A DNA stretch of 64,000 nt from the NCBI GenBank assembly GCA_036172245.1, contig JAYWIR010000008.1, forward strand, positions 1,984,001 to 2,048,000, in the 5' to 3' direction. This stretch comes from Raillietiella orientalis (taxonomy: Eukaryota). A program made the translations under genes and the position numbers. The notes beneath the pieces are model-generated. The model had not been told where the DNA came from, did not search any database, and worked only from the letters and a program-made list of their open reading frames with translations. Each line of letters begins with the position of its first letter. Position 1 is the first letter of the stretch. This document shows, in pieces, positions 41,401-51,818 of this stretch.

Positions 41401-44400
41401 CTCAGCGGCTCCGATGACGGCGGGCGTTCGGTCGTCCACGAGAGTCGATGGCAATCCGAAGAAATGTGCACCGGCCACCACCAAACGGCGCGGGTAGCCA
41501 AAGGGGGCGTACAACCCGGTGAGGCGAGTGGGGCCCGCTGCGGTCGTGCGTGCCTTATGCGTTACGCAAAGTGTTGGTCACTGTGCCCATGGATAAGACA
41601 CTGAGATGATCTTTAATGGGTGCTGGAAAAGTACAATGTCCAAGCGTCAAGACGTTTAAAGCAGGGCGGTTTTGTGACATCCAACTTTACCTTGCTGAGG
41701 TTTTTCGCTTGGGTTCCAATCTTTCTGCTCCCCTGCTGCAGTCGTTTTCTTGCATGTTCCACGAACGCAGTTGTTGCTTAGCAAAGGAAGTTCTCTGTCT
41801 CTTATTCATTTCCTCCGGACCCACCACCACCTGGGAACTGGGTGGCAAGTTGGACCGAGGGAAGGGGGCGTTCGTGTGGCTTGAAAGATGAAAGAAACAT
41901 GAAATGAAGAATTTGGCCACCACGAGTTGTCAATGTAAGACATTGGCATTTCCTGGGCACTCTCATGGCTCGTTGTGCGCTTCTCAAATGTGCTGCAGCC
42001 CATTGCGACCCCCTCCCCCCCCTAAAAAAGTGATGCCGATCAAAATTTTGCATTTCGAAATCCCCAAATCCCGAATGCCGAGATTCGACATGCAGGATCG
42101 GTGACAATTAAAAATAGAGGGGAAAAAACATAAGAATAATATATACATGTATATATTAACAATACGTACATATGCATTGTGGTAATTAGATTAATTTGCA
42201 TGCTGATAGATATGTGCGTTAATAAATATTTGTAAATATGTGTGTTAAAATTAATTTGTACATTAATCTCTACATAAATAAATACATCCATATACATAAT
42301 AAGCATATATGTTTATTTTTATAATCTTTCTAATAAATATATAAATAATGAATATAATAAATCTTTATAGTAAGTATTTTTTCCACGTGTTGATCCAAAT
42401 CTTAATCTCTATATAAATATACATAATAAAGATTTACATTTATTTTTTATGATCCTTCGAGATTTCGTCATTCGGGATTTTGAGCCAAACCCGACAGAAA
42501 GGCTTCCTTGGTTCACGAAGACCAGTTTCCATTTTTTGGCAGGGACTGCTTCCACTGTTCTTTTTCTATGGCTGTAGCGAAACCCTCGAAGGATGTCGAA
42601 TGCTCCTTGCGACGAGAGGGGAAATTTGCTTTCCTGTTTGTGCGTTTCCAAGTACAATTAACTCGTGCATGACTGAGATGTGGTTCATGGCTTTCGCAGC
42701 CCGCGTCGGAGGCCTTGTGGTTAAGGCTTCCGCGTGTGGCACCACGCGTCGCGGGTTCGAATACTTCGGCAGAAACTCTGACGCCACTGCGTCGTCGAGT
42801 TCCGAGTTTCTCCTGCAATGGCGCTGGTGGGCCGAGACATTCGGGCGTGGCACCGGCGGTGGTTTGATCCGGAGGCCCCCGATGAAGGCCGGAACAATGG
42901 GAGTCGACCTTCGGGTCCTCCCAGGAATCAAGGAGTGGGGAGTTCCCCTCCTTTTGTGCAACGGAAAGCAGACCCCCCTCACCGGGGGGACCCCTCCGGT
43001 TTCAAGATGGAGCGGTAGCCCTCACGGGCACCTCTCCAGTTGTTCAAAGGAGCGGACCCTCCCCGTTGCGCGGGGGACCCTCCAAGTCGTCTCCTCTTCA
43101 CAGAGTGCACAAGGAAGCAAGCGAGAGCGATTCCCTGCGGGAAGCTGCAGCGCCTCTTCTGAGTTTCGGAAGCGTCCCTTCGGGGTTCTCTTCAGAGGAG
43201 TGAACAGGAGCGGTTCCCTTGCGGGCTCCCTCCGGAGAAGAAATTCCTACAAGCGGATCCTTTCCGGGTTCCCTTCGGAGAAGTTGAAATGGAGAGGACC
43301 ACCCCCCATTACGGGGGTGTCCCTCCGGAGAGAATGAAGAAGGAGATTCCCTTCGGGGTTCCCCTTCGGAGACAACCAGGATTGGAGGTGCGATCCCCCC
43401 CCGTCCGGGGGGATTCCTCCCTAAGCGTGAGAGGAACGGACTCCGAGCCCTTCCTGGATTCATGGGGCGGACCCTCATCCCGGGGTGCCCTATCTTGGAG
43501 AATTACACGCCCCCCTGCGGGTTGCCGCGGGCGGAGGGGCGTGGAAACCAAAACAGTGTGTTAATGTTTAAAAAGAGCCACGTGCGCCGCGAGGCACGCG
43601 ACCGGCTCTGAGGTACTTAGCGAACCAAAAAAAGAAAACTCTTAAAAAAAAAAAAAAGACTTTCGCAGTGGGGATGCTGCTTGGAGACAGCACGGTTTCG
43701 AAGACGGTGACTTCGCGGCAACCGGATGCTGCGAGGAACATAGAAGAGTAGACACGGCGGTCAAGACAGGGCTCGCAGGTGTTGGAACTGAAACTTGAGA
43801 AGGGATTCGGTTTCTTTCCTTTCTTCCTTCCTTCCTTCCCGAAGGGCACCTACCCTCGATTCCTGGACGGAGCACGCGAGGGCTTCCTGTGAATCCATAT
43901 CCGAACCCTGAGCCATCTCCACGTCATCTCGCGGAAGTCACAGCTCATCCGACGTGGCATCTCCCATGAGGGTATTCGAATCCACAACGCGCGTTGTCGC
44001 ACGCGGGCGCCTTGCACCACGCGACCTCCAGCACAGACGAAGTTCGTTCCAGACATCTGAAAGAGAGAAGAGGAGGAGGAAGAGGGGAAGCGAGCTGAAA
44101 GCTCAGACAACACCTAAATCAACTGAACAGCATTCAGGTTAAAAGGTTTGAGTCTGGGAAAAAAGCAGGTGCTTCATGCCTTTTAAATGCGGAAGCGGAT
44201 GTCAGAAAAGGCAGAGGGCCGGCGCGAACTGCCTCCCCATTGCTAAGCAACGAAGGAGCAGGGAATCGCAATCGTCCATCTTGAACAAATGTTGCGAAAG
44301 CGTCGAGGAAGAGGAGCGTCCATGCAGGGCAGCAGTTCTCCATTTACCTATTCACAAGATACCAGACCTTAGCCACACAAGAGTGGCGTGTTGCGGATCG

Positions 44401-47400
44401 TCCATGGTTCATGTTTATTTTTCAGCTGGCTTGGTGAGGAGGGAGGAAGATCATCTGATCTGAAGGTAGTCTGCCATCCTTCCTTTGGCGAAACGGGGGG
44501 AAGGATATTCAGCGAATCCTTGTTGCCGCTCAGCAATTTGAGCACAAAGAAAAAGTAACGCCGTGGGCAGCCGTTGCAAAGGGAACGAGGTCCTGGGAGA
44601 AATGAGGCCAGCACTTTGTGGCATCACTAAATGCATTCATCGGTTTCCCGAGTGACACACACGGCTCTGAAGCCAGCATGGAGATAGCCACCCAAGAAGA
44701 GTGAGGCATGTGCGTCTCACTTTCCTTGAGTGGAATTGCTCTTCCGTCTGTTGGTGTGTCCCACCTCGGTGAGATCTCGTCAAGCATCTTTACCGACTCC
44801 CATTCCTTCCTCCTCCTCGTTGCAACTGCATCCATGCCGTTAACAAGAGAGACGCGAAGCGTTCGGACGGCTTTGGAGGCAGCACTCGTCGGCTTCTTTT
44901 CCTTCTTTAGAGAACGCATGGTGACCAAAGGAGGGCAGCCGAAAATGCGTGGTCTTTGAAAGGGATGGTGCCGAGAACACTTCAAACAGAGGTTGGCGGC
45001 TCTCTCCTGAAACTCCGGCGCAGGAGGCATAGAGTGGGGATAACTTGACGCTTCCTTGCTTGCGCCAGGATTCTGGATCAACTGCCACGCCATCTTCCGC
45101 TCGGAAATCTCGACTACATCCACCCAAAAAGTGCGTCTCTTCGTTCCCATCCTCAAGTGTCCGCGCTGGTGTTCGCTCAGCAGCGACTCTGATTTGGAGC
45201 AACACGCACCAAGGGGAGTTCTTTCAAGGGCAGAGGCGGATCCTCTCCGCTGCTCGTAGAGGACCCGTTCCATAGCCATTCGTTACGCCAGAGGCTTGTG
45301 TGGCGGCGGTCTCCGCGCGTAACACTGAACGTCGCGGGTTCGGATCCCACCCAGGGAAAGATCGACGCCGAGAACGGGGGGTGCGTTGCGGGTTTCTAGT
45401 CCATCTCCCCCCCCCCCCGGTGGATGACGCTGGTTAGTCCACGGGTTTCGAGTGCAGCGGCAATGGTGAAAGCCAGAAACCTCCGGATGCCCCTGTTGAC
45501 TGGCTGGGATTAAAAGTTGACCCTCCAGGGTCCTTCCAGGAAGCAAAGAACCTTTCGGGGTTCCCTTTCGGTTGTGTGAATGTAGCCGTCCTCTCCCCTC
45601 ACCCCATCGGTGGGGTAACCCTCTCCATTTCGCACCGTGGAGCTGGTGGATCGATACCTCTCCAGAGCATCGAGAAGCGCGCTGCCCCCTTCGGATAGCG
45701 GCCCTTCAGGGAAATTGGGAAGAGGCCCTTCGGGGTTCTCTTCGGAGGGGCAAACAAGGAAAGTTTCCCTTGAGGGTGCCTTCCGGAGAAGAAATAATGG
45801 GGCATCCCCTTCCGGGGGTCCCTTGGAGAGAGTAAGGAAGAGGTGGTTCCCTTTGGGGGTCCTTTCAGAGAGAACCAAGGCGAGGGTTCCCTTGGGCTTC
45901 CCTCTCAAGCGTGAGAGGAACGGATCACTTTCTCCGGAGCCACCTTCCTGGATTCATACGGTGGTCCCATGGGGGTTATCCTCCCTAACTTGAAGAGTTA
46001 ACACGCACCCTCGGGTGGCATGGACAGTGCTGAAGAGTTTCGTGAGTCCCTAGGCCAACGGTTCTTCAGTACTGAGAGAATCAAAGGAAAAAGAAAAAAA
46101 GGAAAACCCGCAAAAAAAAAAAGCTGAAAAGAAAGCAGGGAAGTAGGAGGACGCAAGAGGATTCCCGCTACGCCCTTCTGATGGGCAACTTCACTTCCTG
46201 CCCTGCGCCTTCCAGCCGTTTCATCGCGTCTCATGCTTGCCTTCGCTTCCGGAAAGCTGCGCAAGAAGGACTGGGCTCTCTCTGATCTATAGGGGTGGGG
46301 GTTCAGTCGACGAGTCAGCCAACTTGCACCGGCGTTCAGCGAGTGTTGCCACCGACGAGAGAAAATGCGCGGAAGCAACCGCCATGCGACATACATGATG
46401 CTGCGAAGGGCTGTTCCATGTGTGTGAGGGATGCAAATGGGGGATGGAAGACCGGGAAGCCCCCCATCTTCCAAAAAAAAGGGGGGTGGGTAGCAAAGGG
46501 CCAGGGAACGGGTTTCGGGACCCTGCGCCAAATGATCCTCTTCGTAATTTGCAATTTCCATTTTTTTCCTCTTCCTTTCCGGAGAAGGAAGAGTGGTGCC
46601 TCAGCACTACACACGCTCGTTTTCGTTGCTCTTTTTCTTCTTCTTCTGGGGAGGGGAGGGGGGAGGAGGTACGTAGGAGAACCTCGCGTTTTGAATCCAG
46701 ATGCCCGCGGGAGCGACAAAAAAACCCGAGACTCGGGATGGGAATGGGAGTTCTCGAGAATTTTCCGCGTCGCTCTGCAGACATCCCCTTTACCCTTTAT
46801 TTTTTGCTGGTGCACTCGGGGGCAATCGCCAGTGAGCTCTCGATCGCAATGAGCGCTGCAACTTTCCCGTCACTGCCACAGGGTCCCTGACGGACGGACC
46901 CGGGGCGCCACCCTGAAGACGAGTTTCTTCCTTAGGAACGGGGGGGCGGCGGCGGATACGGTGGAGTCAGTCGCCAGGAAGCAGGCAGGCGAGCAGGAGA
47001 AGCTGAGGCGCCTGCGAGATCGAAATGCTGCCATCCTGCGGGAGCTGGAGGCTTTCAAGTAAGAGCGGAGGCACGGGTGGCCCGTGGTCTCTCCTGAGAC
47101 CAAGGGGCTGTGATGGGGCCTGGGACTTTGGCCATTCGCACCATTTGGTTTAAATGGGGCGGCTGGAAGGGAGGAAAAAATGCATCAGTGCTGCCATGGC
47201 AGCGCATGAAATGCTGTCGTTCTTAGAGCCTCTGAAAGCTTGAAAGCGTGGAGGGAGAGCCTTGCAGCCAAGAGGAACCAGCTGGCTGATGCCTTTGCCT
47301 GTGGCAACCAAGATGGGTCCGCCGCCCCAGACATCCTCCTCGAGAGCACCAAGTATGGATTCGACCTCCGCCGTTCCCGCATGCCGGACAGGCAGCAACT

Positions 47401-48673
47401 CAACGAGGTCGGTCGGTATTCCTGCTTCCCCTGCCTTCCACTGCTTCCAGTTCCTCAGGGAGGGTCTTCGTAGAATCCAGACTCCTACACGCTTTTCATT
47501 TCTTGCTATCCGAGAGCGCGCGTTTCAGGGGAGCGCGCGTGCGCGTGCAGCACAGCCAGGAGCGCACCATGGAGGGTCGGTAGCTCCTCGGAAGGAAATC
47601 CAACGTCCGCGATCCCTTTCTCCTGGAAGAACGACTGTGCTGCCTCCTTCATGGTGGCTGCCTGGCAACTAGATGCTGCTCAGGTTTCCTGCGTCCTACT
47701 GACAGAAAGGAACGAACAGTGGCATTCCACCCGTCCGTTCGGAGATCACTCGTACATTACATTACATCGATCAGATTATCGAGTTTTTGCCCCAAACTTT
47801 CGATGTTTCGTTTCCCAGGTTTCGAAATATCATGGCAGCGAGCAGCGGTGCTCCTTCTTCTTCCTTTGGGAATTCACTCGCTTGTCTTGCATGGGATGGA
47901 GGGGCCGCTCGAGGGGTGCACCCGCCCTCTTTGTGTCTTGCCTTGTTCCTGCAGAAGCCACTTGCATCGACGGGCTCGTCCTTTTGGGCCGTCTTGACTC
48001 GCTCACCTCCCAGGTCGATATCTTCCGGAATTTATACCCTCGACTGTCCTCGCACGAGGGTACTGAGATCCGCAGCCCACTTTTCGTGCGAAGGGGTCTT
48101 TCCATCACGTATGGTTCGCTCAGCGTCGTGAGCCCCTCGCGTGTGCCCTAAGGCGTTCCTTGTACCCTCCCCTGAGCGTGCTCAGTGTGTTCGTGCTCCT
48201 GCCTTTTGCTTCAGAGATGCAGGAGTGCTTTCGTATCCAGGCAACGCGCGTGCCCGGAAAAACAAGGCGAAACACACACAGACACAGACATAGCAGACAT
48301 GTCCACAAGTGAGAGTGACTGGTGAGGCAGTTGCGTTTCTTGAGGTCATTGTCTTTTCCGTAAGATGAGGAACCAAGGCCTGCAGCAGTCACTTCCTTCC
48401 AAGCGGTGAGTAGAGGGCATGTTCCAGAAGAGTGGAACATATCGCCGGGATATAGCGCCGATGACGTTGTGACGCCCGGTGGTGCGTGTGGCCTTCAGCT
48501 GCTCAGAGAAATCAGTGACCTTGAAGACGGGGAACAGGCTTTGGATGTGAGGCTGCAGAGAGCCAGAAAGATATTAGCCAAGGTATGCAATGCACCGGGC
48601 AAGTCACCTCGGATAGACGTGCGGGTGGTGCCTTCAGATTGAACTGATGCAAGGAAAAATGCTCCCCTGCTGA
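26454..48673 (+). CDS. LRRC27: Leucine-rich repeat-containing protein 27-like; exons 26454-26552, 33136-33325, 39414-39781, 40619-40710, 46882-47058, 47227-47407, 48499-48582, 48638-48673 (middle exons tentative)
   Basis: In-phase exons give an N-terminal LRR array: FIDLSNLGL / YFYLKGNHLKEIP / LVWLDVRDNEIQSLSSEI / LEVVLLDNNLLAELPDEIG / LKKLGLSGNPLIRPPASVISEGLRSILSYFRE. A low-complexity middle and a coiled-coil region (RDRNAAIL...ESLKAWRE...YG.D...MPDR) follow. AATAAA at 48726-48731 follows the predicted stop. Confidence 0.72.
27950..29920 (-). mobile_element. Decayed RTE-like LINE (EN-RT remnant) in LRRC27 intron 1
   Basis: Ordered motif remnants on the minus strand: 'SHRKH...CQIDL' (~SKHWHQIDY), 'SYPLISL' (~NYRPISL), 'ISYASS' (~YADD), 'LGY...KIAHRIA' (~YLGS...EI..RI). 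Many stops and frameshifts. Confidence 0.35.
31290..31985 (+). mobile_element. tRNA-headed hairpin-array SINE-like element (copy, internally shorter)
   Basis: B-box AGTTCGAATCC at 31346-31356. Colinear similarity to 45283-46190 (CAGGGAAAGATC, GAGAACGG, GGATGCC..TG.TGACTGGC, TGGAGCTGGT, CCTCTCCAGAG, GAGGAACGGAT, 3' stem and A-rich stretch). Confidence 0.7.
34600..36300 (-). mobile_element. Decayed Ty3/Gypsy-like LTR retrotransposon remnant (gag-like and RT)
   Basis: 'RFHKLRFGVATTAGATSFETTLH...LPWIPDCLIDD' resembles the Gypsy RT core (F.RLPFGVASAPAIFQ...G.PG..YIDD). Upstream 'ESGKTAKVF' resembles a degraded zinc knuckle. No LTRs recognised. Confidence 0.35.
37480..37520. repeat. Minisatellite, 14-bp unit CCAGGTTTCAAGTT x ~3
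   Basis: Directly visible tandem repeat. Confidence 0.85.
40813..40869. repeat. Minisatellite, 18-bp unit (TCGGAAAGACGCAGGATT) x ~3
   Basis: Directly visible tandem repeat; first unit diverged. Confidence 0.8.
42065..42492. mobile_element. MITE-like element: imperfect inverted repeats enclosing an extremely AT-rich core
   Basis: CAAATCCCGAATGCCGAGATTCGA (42065-42088) approximates the reverse complement of TCGAGATTTCGTCATTCGGGATTTTG (42457-42482). The interior (~42130-42450) is low-complexity AT. Confidence 0.5.
42699..43570 (+). mobile_element. tRNA-headed hairpin-array SINE-like element (most complete head)
   Basis: A-box-like AGGCCTTGTGG(TTAAGG) at 42710-42720 and B-box GGTTCGAATAC at 42754-42764 with tRNA-like spacing. 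The middle (CCGCGTGTGGC) resembles a tRNA-His anticodon arm. The body is homologous to the 17.3, 31.3 and 45.3 kb copies. Confidence 0.75.
44580..45170 (-). mobile_element. Decayed non-LTR AP-endonuclease fragment (RTE-like)
   Basis: 'HLRMGTKRRTF' (~LRIGTWNVRTL), 'VDVVEISERK' (~IDIAALSETR) and 'LFLGGYLHA' (~ILLGDFNA) occur in order. Confidence 0.4.
45283..46190 (+). mobile_element. tRNA-headed hairpin-array SINE-like element (copy)
   Basis: B-box GGTTCGGATCC at 45337-45347. Shares CCCTTCGGGGTTCTCTTC, TCCGGAGAAGAAAT, AAGCGTGAGAGGAACGGA and CTTCCTGGATTCAT with the 42.7 kb copy, and its 3' stem and A-rich region with the 31.3 kb copy. Confidence 0.75.
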
Positions 48674-48725
48674 GGGAAAAGAAGGGCGGAGACGCGGGGA
48701 GCGTATCCTCCGTGCATCTGCAGCC

Positions 48726-48731
48726 AATAAA
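48726..48731 (+). promoter_or_regulatory. Candidate polyadenylation signal of LRRC27
   Basis: AATAAA about 50 nt after the predicted TGA at 48671-48673. Confidence 0.5.
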
Positions 48732-49499
48732 CCAACCTCGCCATCGGCGCCCTGGCTCACCTTCGTAATTCGTTGTGTGGTTGACATGCGGGATCGCCGC
48801 TTGGCGAACGGGAATTTGGTCTCCCATGCTTCTTCTCATCCAGAGGGACGACAGACGGATCTGCGGCGGAGGGAGAGCCGTTCCACTAGCCCGAGCGACG
48901 CCACTGGCACTTTGGTTCAACGGTGTCGGCACTAAGGTTATCGGGGTGTTCGCAAGGTTCCTTCCGGCAGGGGTGCGCGCGTGTACATACAACGAAAGTT
49001 GATGTACATGCATGTGAACAAGTGAACAGGAAAGCCAGCAGAGATGTGAGGAGTTTTTTTTGCAGCGTTGGGTGATTTTCATCACCTCCTTGCTCCTGTT
49101 ACGACTCTGCTGTACGCCCCTGCACAAAACAGGCACGCTTCGCACTCTAGGTGACGGCGCCATCCCTGAAAAATCGAAAAGTCCTGCCATCCTATGTGAA
49201 AATCGCACATCTCGTGCTTCTTGTTCTTCATGGGTGCATGCACATCAGATGTCTTCCTGTTCTAACCCAATCAGCAGCTTTTCTTCATTCTGTTCATCTC
49301 CATTTGCTGTACGGAGTTCCCCTCCGAAAGGTTTTTCCGGATGAAGCCGTATACCTTCGTCTCCCTAGCAAGTAGGTTGCGACGATTTGTTTGCTGTTCT
49401 TTGGGGACTGATTGGTGGACGATGGTTCGAGACGGCGCACTGGAAGGGTTTTGGAGTTTGGTTGTGGTGCATACGTCATCCTTTCTGATGGGGCGCGAT

Positions 49500-51720
49500 G
49501 CTTCCTCAACTGCGTTGGGATGGACCGATGCTGGGGGTTACGCTGTCTCGTGGGTTCCATCATTTCTTATGGGATATTGGGGTGGTTACGGCGGAATGAC
49601 AAGGATTTGCTTGCGAGAAGCAGCTCTGGATGCCAAGAAGCCGCGCCTGCTGATTTTCTGCTCACAACAGCGATGTTCGACGAAAAAGCACCCAGGTTGG
49701 GGACAAAAGGTTTGAGAGTTGTGCAGAGGATGAGGGACGTAGTGCCAATGTGGTTTGGGTAAGAAGAAGGAGGAGGTGGTCAAGAATTCCTCATCAACTT
49801 CTGCACATAAAGCCGGCTTCGCAGCGCTAACTTGCTTTGGGGAAGTTTCCATGCAGGCTGCAAGCAGCTCAGATCACTTGACAACGAGCATCTGGATTTC
49901 GTCGTTCAGGATGGGGTCTGCAGCGAAGCCATGGAGTGAAAGCATCGCCTTCGGTGCCATCAAGAACGATTCCCATGAATCGCCAGCAAAAGAGCGTCTC
50001 TCTGACATCCCCGCTTGCTCCCACGCTGTTCCCAGCGCCAGCTACGCTGGCAACGAGAACTGCCTCCGCACTGTTGCCTTTTCATCCAGGATCGCCGGAT
50101 CATTTATTTAAAAAAAAAAAAAAACAGTGAAATTTTTGCTTCTTGAAAGGGACAGACCAAGCCAAAGGGTTAGGGACTGGAGACAGAACTAGGGAGTAGT
50201 GGAAGGAGATGAGGAAGGGCCAATGACTACATAAATAATAGGGAATGGTATGGACCAACCTTGTAAGTGCTCAAGACGATTTCAGAGGGTGTGCGCTGAG
50301 TAGGAGATGGATGAGAGGAGGATGGAGTTCACCGACGTCTGGTTAGGCAGCCCGCAATCGCCCCTTGTGCTTCCCATCCCAGAATGAGCTATTGCAACTC
50401 CCTTCGCGTGTGAGCTATGGCTCTCCGGGATGAAAACCGCGCCCTTCCTTCATTTGGTCGGTCACGGCTGCTCGCTCGTTTCAGAGAGCTACCGGCGAAG
50501 GGGCAACTGGCAACCCTGGAGAAATGAACATTGCTCTGAGCGGGTCCTCAGAGATGCGCTTCCGTCCCTGACGTGGGATTTTTCATTCCAGAAGAGCGTG
50601 CTGGTGGTCTTCCTGCTATCCTGCAGTGGTAAACAGCATAGTACACATCCACTTCTTAAAGGATAAGATGCGGATTTCCGGAGAAGGCGTTCCCTCCTCC
50701 GGAAATCCACATCTTATCCTTTAAGGAAAACTGAGGAGACGCGGCCGTCAGATGAATTTCCCTTTCCAAGGGGATACCTGGAACTCCCACGCGAAACCAC
50801 TCACGACTTGCCTCTGACCGTTCTCTTCAATGTCTGAGGAGTCTGCGGGCGGCAGTCACATCTTCAGGGGGCAGAAAATACGGAACGAGATGAACCTCGC
50901 ATTTGTCTCGCTCGTCGCATCTTCTGCACTCCGAAGCGCCGTGTGCCTGCCCGCGGGTATCGACAAGAGCGTTCGGAGTTTTGGCAAGGACCAAGGAGTT
51001 CCAGGAGTTGGTTTCCAGGAGTTCCGTTGGTCGTGAAGAGAATACTTGAATTCCAGCCTGATGGTCCTCTGCTTTGCCGGTCTTCCGTTTCCCTGCTTCA
51101 TGAACTGGAGTCCAAGAGGTGTCTCTTGCCCGGAAATCATGGGGGACCTTTGGTCTGCTAAGCAAAGGCGCGGTTCTACTTCTTTTCAAGAAGAAAGGAA
51201 GAAAGAGAAAAATGAGAGTCCTTTTTAGATTTCCACCATTTCCCTCTCTCGAGCTCACGTAACCATCAAACAGCTGACGCGTCAAAGTCTGACGCAACCC
51301 TTCGTGGCGCCAGTGGGCTATTCCTGATGATAGCCTCTTCCTGAAATACCAAGCAGCACAGTCAATCGGCCCCTGGTGCTAAATCAACATCCACTGACAG
51401 TTCATGATAACCGGTCTTTGAGCGCTTTTCATGGCAACGGGAAGCTGAATGCATCCATGTTGCCACTTCGGTTACCAAATGCAGATTGTAAGCATCCCTG
51501 CACAGTCCCAGAAGGCGGCTGTGCAGATCTTCGATCTTCTCCCCTCCCATGAATTTCCTTATCCAAAAATCTCGCCCTTGGAATGGAAAGTCTTTTTGTG
51601 AGGAAGCGCTGCATGGTGCAACAAAGGAATTCGTTCTATTTGAGCATCCCAGCCATCATCCAGCAAGAGATCTTCTGCAGGGATCGTCTCTGCCCCAGGG
51701 AGAAGGGAGCTGGGTCTTTG
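49500..51720 (-). mobile_element. Decayed RTE-like LINE fragments between the LRRC27 and CCDC151 3' ends
   Basis: Remnants: 'LLGLC...ATWMHSAS...PGAD' (~TWMHPRSKHWH...GADC), 'LFTTAG' (~SLLSTAGK), 'LNDEIQML' (~WFDENDEEIQ.L). Probably more than one fragment. Confidence 0.45.
50656..50724. mobile_element. 61-bp Kolobok/T2-type MITE (50660-50720) with TTAA target-site duplication
   Basis: TTAA|AGGATAAGATGCGGATTTCCGGAG-13 nt-CTCCGGAAATCCACATCTTATCCT|TTAA. The 24-bp TIRs have one mismatch, and the AGG...CCT termini with TTAA flanks match Kolobok/T2 elements. Confidence 0.7.
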
Positions 51721-51818
51721 CCGCTGCAGATGTTTAGAAGAGACAAAGCGGAACCGGTGAGGACCGGTGCTCCGCTCCACCTCCGGGAAGAAGCCGAGAA
51801 TCCTCTTCGAGAAGAACC

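Noticed and set aside
42699..42775. Functional tRNA gene
   Set aside because: The acceptor, T and anticodon arms do not form a proper cloverleaf, and the sequence continues into a dispersed repeat body, so it is read as a SINE head.
42480..43337. 285-aa ORF on the + strand
   Set aside because: It overlaps the GC-rich SINE-like repeat, has no recognisable domain, and the frame is not preserved in the other copies.
44940..45010. Gag zinc knuckle ('CLKCSRHH')
   Set aside because: The CCHC spacing is incomplete, and the flanking motifs fit a non-LTR endonuclease remnant better.
46030..46074. Hammerhead ribozyme (CTGAAGAG...GTGA, and CTGAAGA...CGAAA on the minus strand), i.e. a retrozyme hypothesis
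   Set aside because: No valid stem II followed by GAAA on either strand, and the CUGANGA core is not conserved in the 31.8 kb copy.
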